From the NCBI GenBank assembly GCA_964036045.1, contig OZ038378.1:55056001-55120000 (forward strand): DNA of 64,000 nt, read 5' to 3'. Each line of letters opens with the position of its first letter. Position 1 is the first letter of the stretch. This document shows, piece after piece, positions 35,923 through 49,279 of the stretch. Below the pieces are notes generated by a model. It was not told the DNA's origin and made no database searches. It saw only the letters and a list, made by a program, of their open reading frames with translations. Position numbers and translations under genes: made by a program. Source of the stretch: Eutreptiella sp. 'Long Island Sound 2002' (lineage: Eukaryota; Protista; Euglenida).

Positions 35923-38900
35923 CTTGTTTTGGCTGCCCTCGTTTGCACTAAGGAACGACAGCATGCCTGGAACGACAGCATGCCTGAACATGCAACAGGG
36001 CGTGCCCCACGGTTTCCAATGTGCTACACAGCATGCATTTCGGCCTACCATACACTTTCGGCTGTGTGTGCCCCAACCGGTCGTTTCCCCCCACAACGAA
36101 TCGCGCATGATGCCCACTTTAACTTTGCAACATGTTCCCCAACCAGCACCCTCTGATGCTCCACTTCTTGCCCCAACATCTCAAAAGACCTAAGCAGTCC
36201 ATAAGACATGGTGGAACCACCCACAATCTCGGGAAACGCACTGGCACCACCCCCCACACGTCCACATCCGCACCCATAACTTCCACGTGAGGGGTAGCTT
36301 CTTTCCCATATCCTCCAGGGGCTCTCTTGTGGGGATGGCGATGTATCCAGACCAAATGAGACCGCACATCTTAGGGAAGTGTTGTGTCTGACTGTGTTTG
36401 TTGCTTTCAAAACAAACAAGGTCACTACACCCAAGATGTCACTTGCCGTGACACATGTGAAACACAAAAGGGCTAGGGAGGGGAAATCAATTCGGAGGCC
36501 GTCGGGCTGTTTCCTCCGACTGGGGAGCTATGTGGCTTGGTACCCCACCATAGCACCCACCACAGCCCACACGCAGTTGAGGGTTGCCCCCAACGACAGG
36601 AGGTAGTGCCACAGTACCACCAACATGGCTCTGAACCCCCGAATAAGCTTAACTAAAATCTGTGTGTCCCTTTCCGCAGTGGTCTGTACCTTCCCTAGGA
36701 CCAGGGTCTCCTCTATTTGCTCGAGCCATGTCATTCCTTGGCCCCAATCATGGCCATGCTCCCCGTCCCTTTGAGCCGTAGAACCACAGTCTTGTCCATG
36801 CTTGGGAACAATTTTGTTGTCCCTTCCATATGATTGCATGAGGTCGCTAGACACCGCCATAGAAACCGAGACAATTACCACAGCAACAACCACGATAAGG
36901 ACATGCGCCGGACACGAAGATAGGAGCCACCACACCAACTACCCATTACACTAAAATTCAAGAGCCGCGGACAGTGTCACACCACACCACACGACCACCG
37001 CACCTTGAACAGCTACCACCAAAAGGCAACGGACACCATCAAACAAACACAGCACCCAACACCGCACAGCATGCAGGCAAAGCATGACAAATGGGTAGGA
37101 GGAGTTGTTGGACTAAAGTGCAGCGAAAATTTTGGCTGTGTTGTTGGTTTGCTGGAGGTGTACCAGGACAAAGGCTGAACTTGATAGAAGGTTGGTGGCA
37201 TGGATGCCTTGTCCCCTCCCAATGCTCGCTATGTCCTTTGAAGAGCCATCGGTAAAACCAGGTGATTACCTTGTTCACTCAGTTGTAGAAGCAGTTGTTT
37301 GAGTTCAAATTCCCTCTCCTTTTTCCGTTGTTGTTTGCGCTCCACTTTTGCCCGGTCCTTGTTTTTGCTTTGAGGGGATAGCCAAGCCCCCCGGTTTGCC
37401 CTGCCCGGCTGCCAAGCTACTAGCTCTAGTGCCCCCCCCCTTCCCCCCCCACTGGGCCATGGTGCGCGCTGTGCACATTGTGCGCGCAAAAATTGCTGTT
37501 CTATTTTGTTGTTATGGCAACGTTCCGGGAAGTTGTTCTGGCGATGTTCTAGCGGCATTCCAGCGGCCACTAGCACACCACTAGAACGTCGTCGGAACAA
37601 CTGACCAAAACGCCGCCGGAACAATTTTTTTTTTGCCAAAGCTGACACCACCCTCCTTCTTGTATGTGCAGGAGGGGATGTCGGAGGGGGATGCCTTGCA
37701 GCAGGCTCTAGCAGTGCCACCTCCAGGCCCCAACTCCGCAGCTAGGCTCTCATGGCCACCCACTAGCTCTGTGTGGGCTTCAACAACCCCACCTCCATCC
37801 CCCGGATCAACCTGCTCGGCACGCATCGGCCGCCCTAGCTCAACGGGCACCGTTGGACGCCCAATACCGGTCTCGCACGACAACAACAACGTGAAGGCCG
37901 GACTTTTTATGGGGGATCGCCTCCCTGTTGCTTGTGCCTTGGAATGGGAGGACAGGGAGTGAAGGGGGGAAGCTAGATCGGGGTGCAGTTTTGGCGAAGG
38001 TAAAGGAGGCGAGGGGGAACGTGCAGAGCATCCGAGGGAAGGTTCAGAGGTTGGAGGCCAAGTTGGCTTGTGGGCGGGAGCTTGGGGACGTTTTGGGTGG
38101 GGGGGGGGGGCGCAAGAGAAAAGTTTTTGGAGGGGAGGTGGCGGTTAAGGGAGGCGCAGAGGGTGGTTGAGGGGTTGGAAAAAGAGTCAGCGGGTATGAC
38201 GATGGTGTGAAACCAAAAGGGGGGGAACAGGGGGCGAAAGTGGAAGTGGGGGACGACATCATTGAGGAGGGGGTGGGAGTGGAGGGGCACCTTGAGGGGA
38301 ACCTTGGGGTTCCCGGGGTAGCAGGGGGGATGAGTCTGAGGGGGGGGGGATGAACCCACCCTCTTGCACGTTACTGAGTGCATGCGCAAGAGGCTTGGTT
38401 CAAGCATTACCACCAAAGTTGCCAACTTCCCTTGGACAAAGGAGATGGTAGGCCCCAACCCTCACCCCCTAGGGCAAGGGTTGTGCACTGCTCCAGGGAT
38501 GCAAATGTCCAAGAATTAACAGCAACCCTCCAGGAATGAACCATCCACCTTTACAACAAAAACCCCATGCCAAAAGCAAAATACCTGCTGCAATACATTT
38601 AGGTGCGCAAAGACAAGTGGGGGGGAGAAAGGCTGGCCAAACCCGCCCCCCCTCCCCCCTCAAAACCCCCTCCCCCCCTGCCCCCCCCCCCCCGCTCAAA
38701 AGGAGCCCTGCTCCAGCCCACCCTCCAGACGCCCAACGTACACCAAGGGAAACTGGAAGTCACCATCATTGCCCTGTGTCTTACACTGCTTGTGGGTGCC
38801 TTTGCTGGTTGATTTGTGCATCTGCTAGAATGCCATGTCATTTTCACTCCATCTCAGCCAGCCGCCGCCCCCCAGGTACAGGACAGGGCGTAACCACAGG

Positions 38901-38953
38901 CGTAGCTCCTAGGTAGGCCTCACCGAAGGCAGATCTGTGCCTAGGCGGCTGGT

Positions 38954-39665
38954 CACTGACACAGCCGGGGGTATGGCTCAGCGAACAGCAAGCAAACACG
39001 ACAACAACGCTCATGGAGAGCTGCGGGGCACTCCGCCTGGCAGAGTGCTTGCACCCTGTGTTGAAAATTATTGCCGTTTGGATTTTTTAATGTGTTGGTG
39101 CCAAGACCCGCCACCAAGGAAAACTGAAACACTGGGTCAACACAGTAGCTTGGTGGATCTTCGTGAGTGGTAAGTCGATTGACGCTGCCAACTGCTAGGA
39201 GAGCAGAAAGATTGTAGGGCGTCCCAAACCCCCCTTGCACTACGCTTGGCGTAGTTTTTCCACACATAGGGGCTTTTGACAGCGTGTCCCCATAGGTGTA
39301 GGTGGTCCCAGGTAAGCCTTGGCGAAGGAAGGGCTGGTCATGCACAAGTGCTCCAATGCGGCTTGCCACTGACATAGCCTGAGGTATGGCTACAGTGAAC
39401 AACAAGCAAGCATGACAACAAAGCTCGTGGAGAGCTGCGGGGTGCTCCGCCATGTCAAAGTGCTTACGGTCCGCATTGAAGATTGTTGCCGTGCGGATCT
39501 TTAATTTGTTGGTGCCCCGATCCCCCATGATAGAGAAACAGAAATGGTGGACCAACACAGCAGCTTGGTGGATCTTTGTGAGTGGCAAGGAGTCGATTGA
39601 TGCCGCCGCTTGCTAAGAGAGCAGCAACATCTGAGGCTTGTCTCCAAACCCCCCCTCCCTTGCCC
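38954..39665. repeat. Diverged ~413-bp tandem duplication
   Basis: cactgacacagcc..ggagagctgcgggg..gcttggtggatct at 38954 recurs at 39367. Confidence 0.75.
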
Positions 39666-40420
39666 TCTGGGCTCGATGCAGTTTGGTCAAGGGCTTGAGC
39701 CAACATTGAATGTTGGCACCAAAAGGCACCGGACGATTTTTTTTTGCATATGCATGGTTTTTTTTTTTGTCACAGTTGAATTACATGGCTGCAGATTTGA
39801 GGCAGTTGACTTGGTCTGCATAGTTGCCTCCAGGCACAGGGCACCAGGTTGCACAGGTACAGACCAACATCACTGTTGCGGGGCAAATGAGCCATACCCG
39901 AGCACCTACAGGGTGGTGTACAAAAGTGTGTTGTTCTCCATTGTGAATCACTGTGCACATCACTTGATGACATTTTTGGAGCAAAAGGAAACCAGGAAAG
40001 TATCCTGCCATGGAATACAATGGGAATCATATAGCCAGTTTGGTGGCTATCAGCCATCCCCCCCCCCCTGCCCCAACCTTGCACCTCCTCCAGCTCCCCT
40101 CCTGCGGCTCTCCAGGCCCCCAGGCAGTGCGGAAGGGTCCAGTATAGACCTACTGAGCAGGATTCGTGTGGGGAAAACGAGTTTTTGCCCCAATTGTGCA
40201 CACTCAAAGTGCTCAGAACAAAACAGGCAATTTGAGAATGACGTGAAATCCGAAAGACCTTTTTTTTTTAATCCTCCTCCCCAACCACTGAACTGGGCCC
40301 CCAGTTCCTCCCTCCACCCCCTCTCTTGGCCTCATTCTCCTGAGACTCTCCTCCCCCCCAACCCCCCTCCCCCCGCCCCCGCCGCTCCATCCCCATCTCC
40401 CGCCTCCATTGACACTCCAG

Positions 40421-40850
40421 CTTCGAGAAGATCCCCCCGAGGGTCCAGTCAGGCATACCATTTGAAGTTGTGGTGGGGGTCAAGAGCATGCTCTTCGAGG
40501 CCTGCCCCAAGGCCACAAACCCGGTCACGCTGACCATCGCCACCCCTGGCGGGCGCCCCATTGTGCTCACTGGGGAACCTGTCAACGGGCTCGTGACCTT
40601 CACGAACTGCCTGGTCAACAAGCCAGGCGAGGTCACCATCCACGCCGACTCTGCTGGCACCGGCATCACCGCCGTCCAGCAAAAGGTCAAGGTGCGGGAC
40701 CCGTCGGCGCTCCCGAGTGTGCGCTTCAAGGGCACGCCACTCGCGGTGTCAAAAGGGGAGTCGTTCATGCTGGTGCTGTGCGCTGTCGACGAGGACGGGA
40801 ATCCCATGGAGCTGGATGAGCCGCTGCCGCTGGAGCTTATGCTCGTCCAG
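40421..40850 (+). CDS. Coding exon 3 (first Ig-like repeats)
   Basis: Polypyrimidine tract and ctccag acceptor; phase-2 join gives PHHLR-FEKIPPRVQSGIPFEVVV; GC3-rich codons; phase-0 donor cag|gtcagc. Confidence 0.8.
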
Positions 40851-41780
40851 GTCAGCACTGGTCTTAGGGAACCGGCTGCAGGCCACAGGGATGCGCTGTT
40901 GCTAGTGGCCAGCCCTTCCCTCACCCCCCTGCACCTCCCCTTCACCTGCTGCCACGTGGGTTGACTGCAATGTAAATCAGTCGTGGTCAGATGAAGGTGT
41001 TGAGCACAAAGCAATGTGCGCAGCACAAAATTTGGATTCCTGTGGCATTAATATGCAGCATCCATATGGTGGACACGGCATCCTCTCCATAGGCCCCGAG
41101 TGTGCAGTTTCGCTGAGCACCGCCCCTGAGTCCCTGCTTCCCTGATATCACATCCCCTGGAGACGGTCATTTCATGCCAATGTGCTGCAAAATGTGCGTT
41201 TTCTTGCAGTGCGCAACAGTGTGAGGGCTGCTTGTGACACGGGTGCTTTCTGGGGGTTGGTGGGGTGGGATTGGGGGCATGTGGTGTTTGGGGCCTGTTG
41301 TGGGGGCCAGGGTGGGATTGGGTGTGAATACACGAAATATGCAATGGCTTGTGTGCCCAATTTGTTGCTTCAAGTGAAGGGATCGGGGGTTTGGAGTGGG
41401 TGGGGGGTGGAGACGGGGTTGATATTTTGTTGAAATCGGCACAGAAAAAGGCTTTTAAATGATCCTTCGCGGAAGGGGGCCGAGTGCTGTCTCTTCACGT
41501 CTACAAGTGGGAAAAAATGAAATTTACTAAAGGAAAAATTTCTTTGTGCCGTATTTGGTGCACAAAGTTTCGGGTCCCAGCCCCCAACCCCCCCACACAA
41601 CATGCCCTTCGAGCGCAGGTTGGTTCATGCCCCGTCCCCCCCCCCCTTGCGAGAAAAGCGGTAGAAGTACTGAAAATGACAGAAAGCCTCCTGTTGTACC
41701 GACAGGGGCGTTGTTATGTGCACCTGGGAAGATACAAGCAGTTGTGGCCCCAGATTAGCAACGCGTGTGTGCTCATGTAG

Positions 41781-42416
41781 GGCAAAGGCACCCTCGGAGG
41801 CACTGCATCCATGGAGATGCCCACGAGCGGTGAGGTGACATTCAGGGGCATGCACTACGACGGCGAGGACTCCTTTGCGCTGATGGTCAAGGCCGCCGAC
41901 GATGGCTGCCACACCGCATTCTCCGAGCCGATCCGGGTCCAGTCCAGCATCCTCAAACAGTCGGGCCCAGGCTCTGGGCGCTTCGGCACGCCGGCATTGC
42001 CAGGGTCCCCCGGATACGGGGCGCCAGGCACTGGTCGGCCGGGGTTTGCCCCAGCGGACGTGCTGCAGATGCTCAAACCGACAGGCCCAGCTGCCAGCGC
42101 GGCAATGAAGCTGGAGGCCACTCCCCCGGCGTCTGGCATCGAGGCCGGCAAGCCCTTCACGATCAAGGTGGCGTACAAGGACAAGGACGGCGGGCTGGCC
42201 CCAGGGGCCGACCAGAAGGTCAGCGCCAAATTCGTTGCGGCGGACGGCACCGAAGTGCCGCTTTCAGGGCGCACCACCGTGTCTCCGTTGGACGGGGTCG
42301 CCACGTTCAAGGACCTGCAGCTCCCAAAGGGCGTGTCGCTGGTGGGTGGCAAGCTGCTGCTCACGGCGCCTGGGCTCGTGGGCTCTGCTATTAATGTCAC
42401 TGAAGACGGATGTGAG
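41781..42416 (+). CDS. Coding exon 4 (Ig-like repeats)
   Basis: tgtag acceptor; join gives LVQ-GKGTLGGTASME, as in the LASGKGKLGGTL repeat; phase-0 donor gag|gtggtt. Confidence 0.85.
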
Positions 42417-42889
42417 GTGGTTGCCACCATCCTGCTTATTTTCGCCCATGTCCGCATCATAGCCCCCCCTCAGCATCACCCTGACTGCCAGCCGCCACCG
42501 TGCTTGCCCTCGCTTTTATTCACCTCATTGACTTTCCTCACGTCCTCCACTTCGTCACGTTCACGTTGTGTTTTCATTATGCCCCTGACACCACCGCCCA
42601 TAAGCAATGTGTGTGTGCGCCGTAAGGGTGTTCCTGACACCCATGGAAGTTGAGGCATGGGTTGTGTTGCAACAGACCTCAAAGAACGTCTTCAAAGCCG
42701 ACGTGAGCAACAAAATACAAGATACTAGCTCGTCTTCTACTGGAGACTTTGGCCAACTCACACTCAAATTGCAATGCACCTTGTCAAGCGGCATCACACG
42801 CGCAAAACACCAGAGCCCCAGTGAGGGTGGTATTAGTATGTAAACATGAACCATCCATTCTGATCCAAGAATGAGAATCACCTCGAAGA

Positions 42890-44750
42890 GGGGTTGTTAG
42901 ATCAAGCGCAGGTGCAGGCGTTGTATACCCCCCTTTTTTGGGTTGTTCGCGTAGCATACCCCACCGTATGGTTTCTTACGTCTAACCCCTTGTAAAATCA
43001 TCATTTTAGGACCAAAAATGATCACCCAATGATTTTTTGGATTTTGACCCGGTACCCCCCCCGTACCTTGGTTCCCCTTTTGGGGGGGGGGGGGGGGTAA
43101 GGGGGGGTCAAAACTTCTTGCGTATTGTGGCTGCTGTGTGTGTATTTGGACCTGCGTCTTGAAGAATCACCTCGATTTTTCTTGTATATGGACCCCCTAA
43201 CGCATGGCGGGGTCCTGGAGTCTTGAAGAGTCACCTTGCAGAGGTTGCTAGATCAAAGCGAGGCAGGCGTTTTTGGGGGAAAACACCACATACCCCCCCA
43301 TTGTGGCCTTTTTGGGGCCATTCGCGTACCCTACCTCAAGGGGTTGAATTGTTAGTTTAACCCTTTGTAAAATCATTATTTTGTCCAAGAAACACATCCC
43401 CCAATGAGTTTTTGGTCCGGACCCCCCAGCCCCCCCCCCCCCCACTTGAAACCCACTTTTTTGAGGTTTCGAGGGAGGTGGGGGGGTGGGGGAGGGGGTC
43501 AAAAATGTCAAAAAAATGACCCCCCCATTTTTTGGGTCGAAAATCATAAATGTTTTGGTTTTTTTATTTTGAGCCGAAAAAGTGTTTCCTGGTCGCGACT
43601 CCATGGGGTTTGTATGGGGCGGAATGGGGCGAGCGCTAGTGCAGTTTATGCACTTTTTTGCTGTTTTTGCTATGTTGGCGGTTTTGGCTACCTCGGTGAC
43701 CCTGTGCTACCCATTCTGCGGCGTGTGAGTGGGGATGGTGTGACAGTATATGCCTACTAGGATACGAAAGGACGTTTTTTGCAGTCTGTAGCCTTGCCGA
43801 CGGCCGGTCAAAGCCCGTGGCAAAGACGCGAAATGACTGCTTCCACCAATAATGGCCTAGTGAATGCGCCGGTACACAACCTGCTTTTTTCACCCTAGAC
43901 AGCTCAAAAATCGAAGTTTGCGAAACCTATTTTTTTTGATATTGTGATCACCTAAAATGAATATCCAAGGTAGGTAAAGCATTTTTTAGGCCGTATTTAG
44001 ATAGTTTTCACCTTATTTGGGTATTGGTGCGGTTTGGGGGGGGGGGGCTCCCGAGGGATTGGTACACAACCTGCTTCTGCAGTTTTTCACCCTCGACAGC
44101 TCAAAAATTGAAGTTTTTGAAACTTTTTTTTTTTGACATTGTGATCACTCAAAATGACCATCCAAGGTATGTAACGCATGTTTTAGCCCGTATTTATGTA
44201 GTTTTACCCAATTTTGGGTTTGGGTTGTTTGGGGTAGATTCTATGCGAGGTGGACTTGCCGAAGGCAATAGACTTTTTCTTGTATATGGACCCCCTAACC
44301 CATGGCAGGGGTCCCGGATCCAAACTTTGGGTACCCGTAGTCCCCCCCCCCCCCATGGCCTCTTGCGAGTGAGGACTTGGCCTTTTTAACGTTGGGTGGG
44401 CTGTTTGGTGGCACCGAAAATTTTTTCAGCATTCAATTTTTTCCGAAACCGTGACGTTGCCCCTAGGATGGGTTTGGGCGATCATGTAGTGACAATACGA
44501 GTATTTGAGCACCTATGGGGACACACGTTGTGGCCGCTAGGGCTATGTGCCCCAAAAGCCCCAAAATCACCTTCCAGGGGTTGTGAGATCAAAGGCAGGT
44601 AGGCTGGTACATCTAGGAAAACGTCACATACCCCCCATTTTGAGTTTACTGGGCATATTCGCATACCCTACCACAAGGGGTTGAATTGTTGGTTATAAAA
44701 TCAATAAAAAAACGTCAAACCTTGTAAAATCATTATTTTGTCCAACAAAC
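42890..44750. repeat. Cluster of a dispersed MITE/foldback family (ggttgttagatcaa-ended)
   Basis: Shared blocks (caaggggttgaattgtt, aatcattattttgtccaa, catccccaatgagtttttggtccggacc) recur at 52050-54050 and 55480-56830 in both orientations. Confidence 0.75.
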
Positions 44751-44869
44751 CATCCCCCAATTCAGTGGGGCGAACACCATTGTTTGTGGGGGAGCGTGTC
44801 GAGAACGGCCCGCTTGCCACAACACCGTGATTACTAGTGCCACATGCCCTGTCGTTTCATCCTCCGTTG

Positions 44870-45900
44870 GTTCCACTACCTCGCTATCAATTTGTGTTGT
44901 CTTGTCCCCTTGTGCTCCTGTGCCCCCCCCCCCCCCCTACCCCTTCCCACCCCAGCCTCGGAGCGTAGCCAAGCTTCCGCCATGAGTGGGGCGTCGCCCG
45001 CCAGGAGCGGCTCACATGTGAGGAGGGCAGCGGCGTGCGTGTGTGCCCCGAGGCACATTGATCCCGAGACCCAGGAATCAGGACCACGCGGGAGATTGCG
45101 GTATCCAGGCCCCTCATGGGATTGCCCCCCCCACCCTCTCTCTTTGTGCGGAAGCGGGTACTCTTGGATATGCCGGTAATGGGCAGACTGTGCACCTCCC
45201 GCTCCCGCTCTCATCCCTCCCACCATGTCCCCGTGCTAGAGGTGGAGCGGGCCACAGGGGTGTCACTGCCAGGGCCTTGGGGTGGCCACGGGGCGGACTG
45301 CACCACATTAAGCAACCCGGCAGCTCCCGAAAGGGTGAACCTTTGCTAGGCTGTGTGGAACATGGTGGGGGAGATGGTGATGCGGGTGGAGAGGTCGGTG
45401 TGGCCGATGAGAAGCAGCACGTACTAGCGGCAGCGGATGTGAGCCCCTGTCTTGTCACGGGCATGCTCGATCTTGGCAGTCAGCCACACGGGGTGGAGAA
45501 CGCGGAGGAGATGGGCGTGGAACTGGTGGTTGGCCTAAAGGATGTGCTCCTCCATGACGGTGGGCGACACTGGCACGCCCCACCACGCCGCCGTTCTCCC
45601 GTAGACTTCGTACCGCCGGGCCAAGGGGGGGAGAGCGGCGGCCTTGTGCTCCCGGTACTTCACCGCGTTGTTCACGGCGCGCATGTACCATGCGGCCGGT
45701 GAACGCTTGCGGAAGCCGGACGCGCCGCACCTTGCGGGGCTTGGGGCGCATGTTCCGAGTACGGCGCCCAAGCATCCATGGAGAAGGGCACAGAACGGGG
45801 CAGCTTCCTGAGGCGGAATAGGCGCTGAAGCAGGACGGGGCATGGCACCACCCCACAGATCGACATCATGGGCTTGTGACACAAGCAAAACTCTCTGCTC
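44870..45900 (-). pseudogene. Decayed coding remnant, possibly a LINE C-terminal (zf-RVT-like) region
   Basis: GC3-biased frame with stops: WWGVPVSPTVMEEHIL*ANHQFHAHLLRVLHPVWLTA..HIRCR*..TMFH. Confidence 0.3.
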
Positions 45901-46129
45901 ACACATGCCCCCTCGGGCCCCGCGGGCAGCATGATTGTGCACTGGTCTAGCCCCTACCTTGACCGAGTCGCCGGGCATTTGTCTGCAGTCTCGCCCCTGC
46001 ACTGACCCGTAGATGTGTGGGTGCGGGCAGCAGTTAATTACCGGCCTCCCGCTAGCCTGCCTCGCCCCCCACCCTAATGCCCACGGTGTCTCTGTATGTA
46101 TGAGTCCTCTTTGCCCTCAAAGACTATGG

Positions 46130-47460
46130 CTGCTCATTGTCCTCGGCACCCTGCTGTATTTTCGCCCATGCGATGCCGGATTTCAAATCTAAGAGCCGTG
46201 AGCGCTGGCGCCAGCAGATCACGTCAGCGTGCCTTTGGGTCATCAACAAGATTATGAGCCGTCCCCCAAAGCTCCTCCGCAATTGTAACCATGGCGGGTC
46301 CAGTACGGAGGTGGCGCGGGTGGAGCTAGTGGATGGCCTCGCTCTCTCACTCCGGCTCTGCCTTTCGGTGTTCCAAGGGTGAGTGTCCTCAATGGACGTC
46401 GCTCTCCTCCGGACCCATCAGCTGGGGCACCCGTGGACGTCGTGGCGTACGCTGCGCCAAGAGATATTGGACTTTTTGGAGATCGCCTCGCCTGACAAGG
46501 AACTGCTGTTCGCCGCCTACGTGTTGGGCGACCTCCATTGGGATTAGGCGGAGGCCAAATTCAGAGCAGCCATTGACACCGAGCCTAAAGCGCTACGTTT
46601 GATGCTTTCCCACGTGTGATCGGTTTTGCCGTCGCTCCGGTTGAAGGTCTGGCTTGGCTGGCTGTGGCTGTGGCGCGGAGTATACACTGTGTGGGCTACC
46701 CGGCAGTCCAAGCTGATGCCCTAGCTCGATCACCCTGATGAGGATGCCCAGCCGTCGCCCATGCTCGTCTGGGAGTCGGTCCTCCAGTCAACGGTTATGG
46801 TGTTCGTGACCACTGCCAAGGCTCTTCCCCCCATGTCTTTGCGGGCATCCCCGGTGGGCGAGCAAGGCATGGTTGGTCCGGTTGGTGCCAGCCGCTCACG
46901 CCCTGAAGGGAGATCCGCAACATCGCCCACAGCCGGAGGAGACACTAAGGCGGCCCTCGTCTTGTGTTGCTCGTTGTCGGAGGAGCACCTGCTTAAGGCT
47001 GTGGCCAACATGGGCTTGCACCTCTCCGTGGTGGCCTCGGCGGCAGCCCTCCTCCGCATGATCGTCAAGGCCAAATCGGGGCCACAACTCGCGGCCATGC
47101 TCTGGGGCCACCCTTCCTCTTCCGTGCTGAGCCCTGAAGGCGGCCGCTCGGCTAGTCAAATGGCGTTACTATGTGAAGGCCAAAGTCGTGCATGCCGGGG
47201 AAGCTCGTACTTGTGTCCGTCTGTTTGAGGGCTTGAAGCGCCTATTTGCTCGCCTCCCCAAAGACACGGACTGGGGGCTGCATGGTCCGTTACAGCGTTA
47301 GTGTGTGCACCCGTCAGGCGATGCTGGAGGGTGCCACCAAGAAGCAAGTCTTCATGTCCATCGTCTCCGCGATAGTGGAAATCAGTGCCCCATAAGCTAA
47401 CACGGCCCATGTGAAGGCAGTGCTCAAGCCCGTGCTCTTAGGGTGCATTGTGGTCACGCG
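46130..47460 (+). pseudogene. Decayed coding remnant, possibly gag-like ORF of the downstream DIRS element
   Basis: Protein-like stretches (IASPDKELLFAAYVLGDLH; SEEHLLKAVANMGLH..) broken by stops. Confidence 0.25.
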
Positions 47461-47744
47461 TAGCGCCGTAATCGTGAGGTTCGCAAGTGCAAAAAGTGCC
47501 TTAAACACCACAGAGGTTTCCATCACGTGCAGGGATTGCCAAAGGGGGGTTAGTAGGCAGTTTGGTACGTTTATAACGTAAGCGTTTACGGTGCCATCGC
47601 CGTAAACATTTGCGGCGGTGGCGCCGTAAATACTTCACAATATCAGAGGGCAAGCAATTAGGAAGCAGGGATATCCTACACATTTACAGTGCCGGCACCG
47701 TAAGTGTTTTTGGCCATGGCGCCGTAAAACGAGGGGTTAATTTT

Positions 47745-48757
47745 GGATGATTATCGCAATAATGGGGGTTTTGTGGCGGTGCCCTTCACCAGCACCAGCC
47801 CGAAAATTTCCGGGTGCATCTAAGCACGGCGACAAATGTCAAAACGGCAAACTACACAAACTACCATATGCAGCAGGGGTCATGAAAGTATGGGGGTGAT
47901 CTAAAAAGGTTTCCGCACAAGCCGTAGAGAATGCAACAGTTGAAACTGTTAGGTTTTCTTTTTTGGGGTGGTTTGAAATAGGCTGTAAGAGCCAAAAATC
48001 CTTCCAAGTGGGGAGCCCCAAAGTCTCAGTGCGGTGCACCACCTTCCTGAATCTCTTGGTTCCGACGATTGCTGTGACAATGGGGTTTTTGTGGCAGTGC
48101 CTATCATCAGCACCAATGACAAATGTGACATGTGACAAATGCTTGGCCCATGTGTGTTGCAATCGTGTGTGTGCATTCCCGCTGAACCCGGGGGAGCTGG
48201 CACACGAAATCCAGAAAGACCATAAAAACGTTGCAAAAAGTGCAATACTTGCAGCAAAAAATGTGATTGCACGGGGGTGCAACCGAAATTTTAAACTGCC
48301 AGCCCCCGCGAGTTTAGCCAGTCCGCATGCACACGATTGCAACACACATGGGCCAGGGTGCACCCAAGGACATGCCCCTCACATTTGTCATTGGTGCTGA
48401 TGGTGGGCAATGCCGCAAAAACCCCATTGTTACAACAATCTTCGGAACCAACATATTCAGGAAGGTGGTGCACTGCAGTGAGACAAGGGGGCTCCTCACT
48501 TGGAAGAAAATCTGTCTCTTATGGCTTGTTTCAAAGCACCGCAACAAAGACAACCTAACAGGTTCAATTGTTGGATCCTATTAGGCTGGTGTGGAAACCT
48601 TTTTGATCGCCCTCACATTTTCATGACTGTGGCATATGGCAATTTTTGCAGTTTAAAATTTGAACACTTGTCACTGTATTTCGGTCCACCCGGAAAATAT
48701 CTGGCTGGTGGTAGTGAAGCGCGCCACCACAAAAACCCCATTATCGGGATAATCATC
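47745..48757. repeat. ~1-kb foldback: ~455-bp inverted arms around a ~95-bp spacer
   Basis: 47745-48201 is a diverged reverse complement of 48298-48757; flanked by ggcgccgtaaa motifs (47460-47730, ~49030). Confidence 0.8.
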
Positions 48758-49279
48758 ACCACCTATGCCCTCTCATTTTACAACGGCAATGTTTACGGCG
48801 TTGGCGCTTTAAATGTGCACCCACCACAGAATAATCGCCCCCTGCCCATTGGTGGTGTTCACTGGTGTGTCCAGCTTCCATAGGTTATGACGGGGACGAC
48901 ACGGCACATATGGGAAGCACCAATGGACTATGTAGCTTTCTTCCCATCTAGGCATCTCAGCTCGACCCCTATAGTTAATAACAATGTTTGCACCACATTT
49001 GGCTCTTTTCCAAGCTCTTGACAGGTGTCATTTTTTACGGCGCTGGCGCCGTAAACATTTTCGCTGAGAGACTTCAATGGAAGCAGAATTTCTACACCGA
49101 AAATTACAAAGAGGTGATATTTTGACAGGCTATTTCAACTGTAGCTTTCCAAATAGACAAAAGCAGAGACTTCAATGGAAGCGTTGTTGCAGTTGGGGGC
49201 CCACGTCCATGTGCCCAGGGCCGAAGCGAGGTGTTCCTACAGGCATCCCCCCTACCAGCCAAGGGGGGGGGGCAGGATA

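Noticed and set aside
45230-45350. MTase-like string SPFRELPGCL..VTPLWPAPP on the - strand
   Set aside because: It lacks NPPF/Y and lies out of frame with the GC3-biased coding frame there; likely coincidence.
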